Shown here: positions 50,651 to 58,723 of the stretch, in pieces
How positions within the stretch are numbered: position 1 is the first letter of the stretch
Layout of the letters: the number at the start of each line of letters is the position of its first letter
Assembly: GCA_964386535.1 (NCBI GenBank)
Contig: CAYLRY010000009.1
Span: 328-64,327, forward strand
Direction: 5' to 3'
Source: an uncultured Dehalococcoidales bacterium
Lineage (GTDB): Bacteria > Chloroflexota > Dehalococcoidia > Dehalococcoidales > UBA3254
DNA length: 64,000 bases
Notes under the pieces: model-generated
Told to the model about the DNA's origin: nothing
The model's database searches: none
The model's input: only the letters and a program-made list of their open reading frames with translations
Program-made: the position numbers and the translations under genes

Positions 50651-51652
50651 CTATCTTCCCCTGACCTGGTCTAAAATTTCATTGGTAAAAACCTGCTCCG
50701 CCTTCATAGCTGAAGGCAATATCTTATAGTTTACCAGAGCATCCAGCATTTGTTGTACGCTCTTTCTATCAGTATAACCAGTATCTATCCAGGAAACTTT
50801 TACCAATCTGGCTATTTCTCTCATCATTGAAAGTTGATGCTTCCAGGTTTGCCGTCCGGTCTGATCATATTTTAATACTATGTCAACTGCCTCTTTGGGA
50901 TTGTCTATTGCATATTGCCACCCGCGCAGGCTGGCCCGCAGCATCTTTACACATATTTGTGGATTTTGTTCAACTAGCTGGCGCCTGGTAAAGAGAGCAT
51001 CCCCCGGAAATCCTAAATCATACAATGAATAATCGATTATGTTAATATCCTGTATTTTTATACCACTTTCCAGTACCTGGTGATACTCATTGTAAATCAT
51101 TGCAGAAGCCACATCTATTTCTTCTTTTAGAAACGCTTCCATATCGTAACCCTGTGATACAATATCCACTTCTTTCCGATCTATACCCTGCCTGGCTAAA
51201 AGAGCATATAACTGGGTTTCCCAACTGGCACCCCACATGCCAATACGTTTTCCCGAAAGATCCCCCGGACGTTTTATGCCTGATGATTTTTTGGCAATCA
51301 GAAGTAAACCGCTCATTTGCTGGATCTGCGCTATGCTGACTACCGGTTGGCCTTTTTCAACAGCCACGCTTAAGTCAGATAAAAAAGCTGTTCCAAAATC
51401 ACTATCTCCCTCCACCACCAGATCAACCGCAGACATATCAGCTCCTCCGGGTTTAATAGTCAGGTTGAGGCCTTCATCGCGGTACCATCCCTTGTCTAAG
51501 GCTACATAAAAACCGGCAAATTGGGCCTGAGTAATCCACTGCAATTGCAAGGAGAGCGGCTTTAAATACGATTCAGAAAACGAATGGCCGGAGGTACACG
51601 CAAGGAGCGGCACTAAAACAATCAGGAAAATGGCAAAAACTATCTTTTTCAT
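50651..51652 (-). CDS. Periplasmic substrate-binding lipoprotein, NMT1/THI5 (NitT/TauT/SsuA-like)
   Basis: 333 aa. Lipobox PLLAC. LQWITQAQFAGFYVALDKGWY is typical of NMT1-type binding proteins. The ATG overlaps the upstream stop (ATGA). Confidence 0.8.
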   Translation of the reverse strand: MKKIVFAIFLIVLVPLLACTSGHSFSESYLKPLSLQLQWITQAQFAGFYVALDKGWYRDEGLNLTIKPGGADMSAVDLVVEGDSDFGTAFLSDLSVAVEKGQPVVSIAQIQQMSGLLLIAKKSSGIKRPGDLSGKRIGMWGASWETQLYALLARQGIDRKEVDIVSQGYDMEAFLKEEIDVASAMIYNEYHQVLESGIKIQDINIIDYSLYDLGFPGDALFTRRQLVEQNPQICVKMLRASLRGWQYAIDNPKEAVDIVLKYDQTGRQTWKHQLSMMREIARLVKVSWIDTGYTDRKSVQQMLDALVNYKILPSAMKAEQVFTNEILDQVRGR

Positions 51653-53346
51653 CCTACCTTTAAAACCATAAGTGTAATATCGTCAAACTGCGGTTGACCC
51701 TGACTAAAGGCAATTACTCCATCTTTGATCTTTTGCATAATTTCATAGGCAGGGAGTTCCCGGTTCTTTTCAGCAATCTCTACTACCCTTTCAGAGCCAA
51801 ATTGCTCTTCCTTATAATCAATAGCCTCCGTTACCCCATCAGTATACAACACCACAACATCACCTTTGTTTAAAATAATCTGCTTTTCCTCCAGACCTAT
51901 ATCCGGCACAACTCCCAGAGCCACCCCCCGGGCTTTGAGCATGATGATGTCTTTATCTCCTTTCCTGAGCATAAAGGGAGGATTATGTCCGGCGCTGACA
52001 TAGGTTAAGGTCATTTTACCAGGATCCAGAACACCATAGAAAAGAGTGACAAACATATTTGACCTGTCATTTTCTGAAATCACATCATTGGATTTACGTA
52101 TCGCCTCAGAGACCGTTACCGTATCATTAACATTGGCTCTCACCAGGGTTCTGGAAAGTGCCATAAACAGGGCTGCCGGAACCCCTTTCCCTGAAACATC
52201 TGCTATCACCAGTCCCCACCTGTCCGAACCAACTGGAATAAAATCATAAAAATCCCCGCCTACCTCTTTGGCCGGCTGGTTCATAGCTGCCAGATCGAAT
52301 CCTGGAACCAAAGGCGCTTTTTCCGGCAGAAAACTTTGCTGAATCCCTCTGGCTATTTCCAGCTCCTTTTCCACCCGTTCCTTCTCAGCCGTTGTCCGGC
52401 GTAATTCCGCTGTAAATTTCTTTAAATCTGCTGACATCCTATTGAAGGAATTGGCCAGGCCCTCCAGCTCGTCTCCCGTGTGAACTTCTACCTTATGGTC
52501 CAGATTGCCCTTGCCAATAATCTCAGATCCCTGTGTTAACGCTTTTACCGGATTGGTAATCATTCTGGAAATTACATATACCATCCCTACCACCACCAGT
52601 ATTACGATCGCCAGGAAAACAATATACATGGTACGGGCATTTTCGATGACACTTTGAATATGATCTGTAGCTTCACTGGTTTCCACTGCAATCCTGTTTT
52701 CCATTAAGAATACAGGTTTGGAAAATTCATCGATATAGGTAGTGGCTCCCACTACAAAATTAGTCCCTTCCACCACCACCTGGGAAACATATTTATCGCG
52801 CATTTTGCCGTCTGCGTCTTCCCATTCATAATATCCGCTGGAAACCGGCATGGTCAGGCTTTGTTTGAATGTTTTCCACCATGAAGGCAATTTGTCTTTC
52901 CAGGTAGTCATGTCGAAATTAACCAGGGCTGGATTGGGATGTATCCTCATTATACCTGTACCCGCTTCATGCAGGCTGGTATAACCGGTTTCTCCAACCG
53001 GTTGTATAGCAATTTTTACCAGATCATTGTTGTACATCATCCATTCAGGATTAACTACCGGGTGCTCAGCCAGGTAACTTCTTAACTGGCTGGCCACACT
53101 GGTGGCAACCTGCTCAATTCTTTCTTCTCCCATTACCTCCAGGATACGGGTGCCGTCTGCGGTGGCTGCAGCGCCCAGGCTGATACTGCTCTCTTCGGCA
53201 TCCCGGCCAATCTGATTCATTTTATAAAACGAAAAATAGCCCAATACAACCAGAGCAATTACGGACACTAAAAGAAAAGAAACCGTTAATTTGGTGGCTA
53301 TACTAAGCCGTAAATGGTATTTCAAAAGTCCTCCTGTAACTTTCAA
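51649..53346 (-). CDS. Membrane sensor PP2C-type phosphatase (TM, extracytoplasmic domain, TM, HAMP, SpoIIE/RsbU-like)
   Basis: 565 aa. Two TM segments flank a roughly 215-aa domain. HAMP region (NPVKALTQGSEIIGKGNLDHKV). PP2C motifs GGDFYDF, VIADVSGKG, LYTDGVTEA, DDITLMVLK. The start is uncertain: TTG 53346, or TTG 53325 preceded by AGGAGGA. Confidence 0.9.
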   Translation of the reverse strand: MKVTGGLLKYHLRLSIATKLTVSFLLVSVIALVVLGYFSFYKMNQIGRDAEESSISLGAAATADGTRILEVMGEERIEQVATSVASQLRSYLAEHPVVNPEWMMYNNDLVKIAIQPVGETGYTSLHEAGTGIMRIHPNPALVNFDMTTWKDKLPSWWKTFKQSLTMPVSSGYYEWEDADGKMRDKYVSQVVVEGTNFVVGATTYIDEFSKPVFLMENRIAVETSEATDHIQSVIENARTMYIVFLAIVILVVVGMVYVISRMITNPVKALTQGSEIIGKGNLDHKVEVHTGDELEGLANSFNRMSADLKKFTAELRRTTAEKERVEKELEIARGIQQSFLPEKAPLVPGFDLAAMNQPAKEVGGDFYDFIPVGSDRWGLVIADVSGKGVPAALFMALSRTLVRANVNDTVTVSEAIRKSNDVISENDRSNMFVTLFYGVLDPGKMTLTYVSAGHNPPFMLRKGDKDIIMLKARGVALGVVPDIGLEEKQIILNKGDVVVLYTDGVTEAIDYKEEQFGSERVVEIAEKNRELPAYEIMQKIKDGVIAFSQGQPQFDDITLMVLKVG

Positions 53347-53386
53347 GCGTCAATTTTTCTCTTTTTCTTGAAGCCACCTACCGCGT

Positions 53387-53480
53387 TTCACCATCAAACT
53401 AAGATGACCGATCCTCCGTGATTTCACCAGCGTGGTTCAGCAACTTCGTTCCTTCTTGAGAAGTTAAAACGATGGATTTT
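53387..53480 (+). repeat. Intergenic imperfect-palindromic repeat, copy C (more diverged)
   Basis: TTCACCATCAAAC (53387-53399) is identical to the reverse complement of 37826-37838. GTGATTTCACCAG is at 53418-53430. Ends in GATGGATTTT (53471-53480). A partial inverted fragment, AAAATCCATCTTC..TAAC, starts at 53527. Confidence 0.45.
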
Positions 53481-53701
53481 AGTCTACACGATATGTCGAC
53501 AATAGAAGTATACCACAGGGCAGTTTAAAATCCATCTTCCTTAACCGCAATCCATGTATAATATTTCTATTAATATGTTCTATAAAATTATCTATTTAAA
53601 TAATATAAAAATTATTTGTTTCTGTTTCATAGTAAGGTATATCAGGAATTTAGACGGATACCTTTAAGGTAAAGGCTGATATTTGATATATTCATTCTGT
53701 C

Positions 53702-54430
53702 ATGTCTGTTATAAAGATGGGGATATTATTAAGTAATATAAATCAAGCAGCCGGTATGCTGGGCACTTATTCTGAGGTAGTAACCGTACACCCCTTCTCT
53801 CAGAAATCCGGCCTTTCCCGGGATTATCTTGAAATGGGTGTCCTGTTGGGGTTTACCCCAGCTACCATGGACTTTAAAGCACTTCAGGGTAAAGGAGATC
53901 ACAAACGGCGTCCAGTTGTGCTCTTCTACAAGTGGCTAAACCAAGAACCGGTCAGAGAGGTATTCTTGCCGTTCCATCATGCGCCGGTGCTGGAGCGTAT
54001 TTACCGCAATGCCAAACTGCGCCGGAATTTTTCTTCCGCCTCTGAGCCTTCCCTTCCGGAACATTGCAGGATGGATATTAAAGTCCAGACTGAAGCCGGA
54101 CGGGCTTTCCTGAAAGTTATTGAATACGGCCGGGACCTGATTGAAGTCATAAGGTTGCGCTTAAGGGAACTGTATCTAAAACGCCTAGACCTTATCTACC
54201 TGGACCTTCCTTTAACCCATCCTGCTGTGCAATATTTTTGCTCTATGATAGAAAATCTCGGGTTCTTTTTCGGAGGCATGCTGCCGGAAGTCCAGGAAGG
54301 GGATATCCTTCGTCTCCAGTATTTAAATAACGCTGAACTGGAACTGGTGGACGTGCACCTCGCTTCCACGTTCAGTTGTGAGCTATACCAATACGTACTT
54401 CAGGCTGGAGGTCTACCTGTTTCTCTTTGA
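53702..54430 (+). CDS. Hypothetical protein; resembles the C-terminal part of longer GNAT-fusion proteins, possibly a 5'-truncated remnant
   Basis: 242-aa ORF. The N-terminus begins mid-motif (VVTVHPFSQKSG...), which I recall as the end of a GNAT domain in roughly 400-aa homologs. The upstream 355 bp is AT-rich and non-coding. The 3' end overlaps the iclR-like gene by 59 nt. Confidence 0.4.
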   Translation: MSVIKMGILLSNINQAAGMLGTYSEVVTVHPFSQKSGLSRDYLEMGVLLGFTPATMDFKALQGKGDHKRRPVVLFYKWLNQEPVREVFLPFHHAPVLERIYRNAKLRRNFSSASEPSLPEHCRMDIKVQTEAGRAFLKVIEYGRDLIEVIRLRLRELYLKRLDLIYLDLPLTHPAVQYFCSMIENLGFFFGGMLPEVQEGDILRLQYLNNAELELVDVHLASTFSCELYQYVLQAGGLPVSL

Positions 54431-55205
54431 TATTCCGGGAAATGGACAAAGCGCTGGTTTGTAAAGCTTCCAGCAGCTCTTTTACTCTGGGTTTCATACG
54501 TACTTCCGGGCCTACAATACTCAGGGCTACCGGAAGCGAATAATTTTTTACTGGAGTTGAGATGCCCATAGCGCCGATAATTCTTTCACCTGTACAGATA
54601 TGATATCCCTGTTGTTTAATACGCTTGACTTGAAACATCAGCTCTTCTTTATCAGTAATGGTCTTTTCAGTAATAGCTTCGAAATGCATATTTTTTAAAA
54701 TTATCTTTAAATCGTGACTGGAAAGCTGAGATAAAAGAACTTTACCGGCTGCTCCGGCATAAATTGATTTTATTTCACGGGTTTCTTCCACCACTCTCAG
54801 GTCTTTTTTACTGGGAACCACGTGTAGCGAAATACATTTTACCCCTATTAATATACTTAAGTTAACTGTTTCGCCGCCGATTTCCAACAACTTTTCCATT
54901 TCTTCATGTGCGCAGTCAATCAGGAATTCGTGACTTACTTGAGGTCTGTTGGCCAGCCTGGTTATCAGCTCTCCCAGGAAATATCGGCGTTTTACCGGAT
55001 CATGTATCACCAATTGTGCTTCAACCATAGCTTTAAGCAGTCTATGTACTGTTGCTTTACTCAAATGAGCGTATTCTGCTATTCCGGCAGCGGAATTCCT
55101 GCCTTCACCCAGACAGTTAAGCACAGCAGCAGTGCGGGAAACTGATTTAATAGCAAATGATCTCTTGCCAACATCCGCTTTTTTTTTCTTTTTCATTATA
55201 TCCAT
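54372..55205 (-). CDS. IclR family transcriptional regulator
   Basis: N-terminal wHTH (RTAAVLNCLGEGRNSAAGIAEYAHLSKATVHRLLKAM) and a C-terminal IclR effector domain. ATG 55205 or 55196. Confidence 0.9.
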   Translation of the reverse strand: MDIMKKKKKADVGKRSFAIKSVSRTAAVLNCLGEGRNSAAGIAEYAHLSKATVHRLLKAMVEAQLVIHDPVKRRYFLGELITRLANRPQVSHEFLIDCAHEEMEKLLEIGGETVNLSILIGVKCISLHVVPSKKDLRVVEETREIKSIYAGAAGKVLLSQLSSHDLKIILKNMHFEAITEKTITDKEELMFQVKRIKQQGYHICTGERIIGAMGISTPVKNYSLPVALSIVGPEVRMKPRVKELLEALQTSALSISRNIKEKQVDLQPEVRIGIAHN

Positions 55206-55496
55206 TATTTCATTCTAGCATAATCTGCCCGCTGGTTATGAATTACTCCGAAGACCAAGTTTGGGGGTTCCTGTTAAAAAAGCCTTTGGAAACCTACAGA
55301 AAGTATCAATATTTGACACTAATTAATATCATATTTGTTAATTAGCTTGACAGTCTATGATATAATTAGGAATATCTAATGTGAATACCCCATTTTGCGG
55401 GATTTGTTTTCATCAACAGAGGATGAAAAAACAGGTATTGGATGTTTTTCGTGTCATTAGTATGTCTATGTCCATATTAGATAAAGGAGATTAAAA

Positions 55497-56594
55497 ATGT
55501 CGGCAGAAGATGGAGTTTATCTGGAGATAGCCAGAAAACTGAATGCTCCTCTGGTAGACCGGTTTATTAATATCCTTAAGGCCGATTTTTCGCCCCGTGA
55601 GGGGAAGGTGATACTTGAATTATTCGTACCCTCAACCTGCCGGGAAGTAGCCAGCCGGATGCAAACTGATGAGCAGGAGGTTTTTCCGGTACTGGAAGAA
55701 TTAGCCAGGCGGGGAGTGATTAACAAGGGCGAGACCCAGTATGCATTTCATTCAAGTGTAATAGCCTATCACCACCATACCGTAGGAGGAGTTGGCATAG
55801 AGCCAACTCCGGAAAAAATTAAAAAGGCGTGGGGAGAATTTTTTTATAATGAATGGAGCGATATGATCGTTTCGGGTTATATCGAAAGACAAAAAGCTAC
55901 TGGAAGACCGGTTTTCAGGGTCTGGCCCGCGGTAGGCGCCCTTGAGATCAGCCCTAATATCAAACCGGAGCAAATCTTGCCTGAAGAAAACTTCAAACTC
56001 AAGCTACAAAATACCAAAAGAATAATTGTAGGTCATTGCGGCTGCCGAAAAAACTGGGCAGCCCCCGGTTGTCAACACCCCATTGAAACCTGTTTCGCAC
56101 CCACCGATGGTCCGGGAACATATAAATTGCTTGGCCAGCCAGGTCGTACTTCTATCAGAGAAGTGACTCTGGAAGAGGCTCTGGAAATAGTTCACCGCAA
56201 TGAACAAGCCGGACTGGTTCACGCAGGGGCCTGCTTTTGCTGTACCTGTAGCTGCGAAATCCTGTTTTCATTAAAAAAAGCGGGCGATAGATGGGACCTG
56301 CTGGGCCGCAGTCGCTATCTGGCCACTGTAGATGAAGAAAAATGCTCCGGTTGCCAGACCTGCCTGGAGCGCTGTCCGTTTGATGCTATTGAAATGAAAA
56401 AAACTTCTACCTCCAAAAAAATGAAGGCTTCTATAGACAAAGAAAAATGTATGGGCTGCGGTGTATGTATTGTGGGCTGCAAACAACAGGCTTTAACCTA
56501 TGAACTGGTAAGACCCCCCGAATATATTCAGATGCCCAGGCCGAAGCCTGGGGCTGTAATTGGAGTTGCCTGTGTCTGTATGAATCTGAAATAA
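55497..56594 (+). CDS. Fe-S protein: wHTH-like N-terminus, Cys-rich middle, 2x[4Fe-4S] ferredoxin-type C-terminus
   Basis: 365 aa with a strong AAAGGAG SD. CSGCQTCLERCP and CMGCGVCIVGCK, plus GHCGCRKNWAAPGCQHPIETC and ACFCCTCSC clusters. Confidence 0.8.
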   Translation: MSAEDGVYLEIARKLNAPLVDRFINILKADFSPREGKVILELFVPSTCREVASRMQTDEQEVFPVLEELARRGVINKGETQYAFHSSVIAYHHHTVGGVGIEPTPEKIKKAWGEFFYNEWSDMIVSGYIERQKATGRPVFRVWPAVGALEISPNIKPEQILPEENFKLKLQNTKRIIVGHCGCRKNWAAPGCQHPIETCFAPTDGPGTYKLLGQPGRTSIREVTLEEALEIVHRNEQAGLVHAGACFCCTCSCEILFSLKKAGDRWDLLGRSRYLATVDEEKCSGCQTCLERCPFDAIEMKKTSTSKKMKASIDKEKCMGCGVCIVGCKQQALTYELVRPPEYIQMPRPKPGAVIGVACVCMNLK

Positions 56595-56719
56595 AGCTAT
56601 GGATACAGGTGAAACCTGGTATTTTACTAAGAAAATTGACATAGTCTGGTTCTGGTCGAGGTTTTATTTCGGGGATTTTTTAGAATTTTAAAATACCGGT
56701 AAAAAAGGAGGGATAAAAA

Positions 56720-58453
56720 ATGAGAATGTCCAGTTGTTACCTTAAGCCACTCAGTATGGTATTGATCTTCGTTTTGGTATTTTCAATCTGCGCTTTCTTT
56801 ATTGCTAGCTGCGACAGCTCAACTCCTGCTCCCACCCCTACCACCCAGGCATCTACTACGGTTCCACCTGCCATTACACAAGCGCCTGTGGTTTCCACTA
56901 CAACAACTGTTCCACCCACCACAGCTCCTACAATAATTACAACCGCCACATCCAAACCCCCGGTCACAACCACTGCAGCCAGTCCTTCCAAATACGGCGG
57001 TCTGGTGAGATGGATTCAGGGCACAGGTCCCGGTACCCCTATTGGTATTCCATGGGAGGCCTTTGGAGCTTCGGCTTTTAACCAGCAGCACAGTCTGGAA
57101 TGGATGTTCAAAGAGCAGCTTGACGGTTCCCTTACGCCGGCTCTGGCTGAGTCCTGGACAGTTGATCCAAAAGTTGCCACTATTACTTTTAAATTAAGAA
57201 AGGGAGTAAAATTTCATGACGGCACAGACTTTAATGCCCAGGCTGTAAAATGGAACCTGGAGAAAGAGATGGCGCCCGGCAGCGCTAATGTTGCCTCTAC
57301 AACTAACTGGAAATCTATTGATGTGGTGGATGATTATACCTTCAGGGTGAATCTTAAAACCTGGCAAAACACTGCACTCATCACTTTCAGCAGTACTGCA
57401 GTGGCACAAATCTCACCTACAGCTTTTGAAAAACAGGGCATTGACGCCCTTAGATTTAAGATGATCGGCACCGGACCTTTTATTCAGACAGAATTCAAAC
57501 GGGATGTGGTATTGGGGTTTGTTAAAAATTCCAATTACTGGCAACAGGGCAAACCTTATATAGACAAGTTAGAGATAATCTATTCCACGGAACTGATGAC
57601 GTGTGCAGCGCTGTTAAAATCCGGTGGGGCAGAAATTTTGAATTGTCAGGGAAGTGCCACCACCGCTAACGATGTGGAAAAAGCCGGTTTTAAAATCGTA
57701 ACTCAACCAGCGGGTACCGGTGGGTTAAGCAATCTGACTCCAGACAGCGCCAACCCGAAATCTCCCTGGGCGGATGTCAAAGTCCGCCTGGCAGCAGAAT
57801 ATGCGCTGGATAAGGATGCTATGTCCAAAACTTTCGGAATGGGCTATTCTATCCCAGCTTATCAGGTTTGCGCCTCCAATTCGCCTGGTCATGATCCCAG
57901 CCTGACACCCCGCAAGTACGATCCGGCCAAAGCCAAACAGTTGCTGGCGGAAGCCGGTTATCCCAATGGCTTTAAAACCACCATTATATGCGCACCTTTC
58001 GGTTTGAACAGGGACCAGGTGCTCGCGGTTCAGGCTTACTTCAAAACGGTTGGGATCCAGGCTGAACTTCAATTCCCGGCTGCTGCCCAGGCACAGGAAT
58101 ATATCAGCGGCACTCTACCCCTCAACAGCCTGCTGGTGAATCCTTATATGCTGAGCGCCAACCCTAACCGGGTTTTCACGTCTTATTTCAATGACCCTGT
58201 CACCAGCAACAAAAGCATGAAACGTCCGGATGGGTTCGCCGCACTGCTGGCTGCAACGTTAGACACACCTGAACTTGATCCCGCTCTGGCTAAAAAATGT
58301 GAAGCTGCTATTTATAATGACTGCTCTATGATTCCTCTAGCCTGGGGCATTTCTCCTTTTGCTATGGCTGACTATGTGAATGATCCTGGCATCGGTACCC
58401 GCAGTTCATTGACTTATTGGAACCCTGAGAACGTCTGGCTCAGTAAAAAATAA
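56720..58453 (+). CDS. ABC transporter substrate-binding lipoprotein, family 5, with long Thr/Pro-rich linker (orphan; no permease adjacent)
   Basis: 577 aa. Lipobox IASC and a roughly 65-aa T/P/A-rich tether. RKGVKFHDGTDFNA and YDPAKAKQLLAEAGYPNGF are paralogous to blocks in the 2694-4331 product. Confidence 0.9.
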   Translation: MRMSSCYLKPLSMVLIFVLVFSICAFFIASCDSSTPAPTPTTQASTTVPPAITQAPVVSTTTTVPPTTAPTIITTATSKPPVTTTAASPSKYGGLVRWIQGTGPGTPIGIPWEAFGASAFNQQHSLEWMFKEQLDGSLTPALAESWTVDPKVATITFKLRKGVKFHDGTDFNAQAVKWNLEKEMAPGSANVASTTNWKSIDVVDDYTFRVNLKTWQNTALITFSSTAVAQISPTAFEKQGIDALRFKMIGTGPFIQTEFKRDVVLGFVKNSNYWQQGKPYIDKLEIIYSTELMTCAALLKSGGAEILNCQGSATTANDVEKAGFKIVTQPAGTGGLSNLTPDSANPKSPWADVKVRLAAEYALDKDAMSKTFGMGYSIPAYQVCASNSPGHDPSLTPRKYDPAKAKQLLAEAGYPNGFKTTIICAPFGLNRDQVLAVQAYFKTVGIQAELQFPAAAQAQEYISGTLPLNSLLVNPYMLSANPNRVFTSYFNDPVTSNKSMKRPDGFAALLAATLDTPELDPALAKKCEAAIYNDCSMIPLAWGISPFAMADYVNDPGIGTRSSLTYWNPENVWLSKK

Positions 58454-58522
58454 GACCGGTGTTTATAGCTTGACAATCACTAAGAATACTTAGAATAAAC
58501 CTTATATTAATTTAGCCGCCTG

Positions 58523-58546
58523 GCCCCGGAGCGCAGTCTCCGGGGC
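58523..58546 (+). terminator. Stem-loop after the binding-protein gene
   Basis: GCCCCGGAG (58523-58531), loop CGCAGT, CTCCGGGGC (58538-58546). No U-tract. Confidence 0.4.
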
Positions 58547-58723
58547 TGGAACAACTAATATAAATCTTCGGTTAGATCTCTTACAATGAACCTTTACCGT
58601 AAATGGACAAAAATAGCTTTTTTATATACGACTGTTGTTTTATTTATTATATTTTTAATTATTTTTAAATTATGTTATTTATCTAATTAAACATAAATTT
58701 TATCATAAAAAGGAGAGTTAGAA

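Noticed and set aside
56815-57000. Apparent DNA repetitiveness (ACC/ACA/CCT-rich) that could be mistaken for a tandem repeat or array.
   Set aside because: It is in frame within the binding-protein gene and encodes a Thr/Pro-rich linker. There is no fixed repeat unit and no spacer structure.
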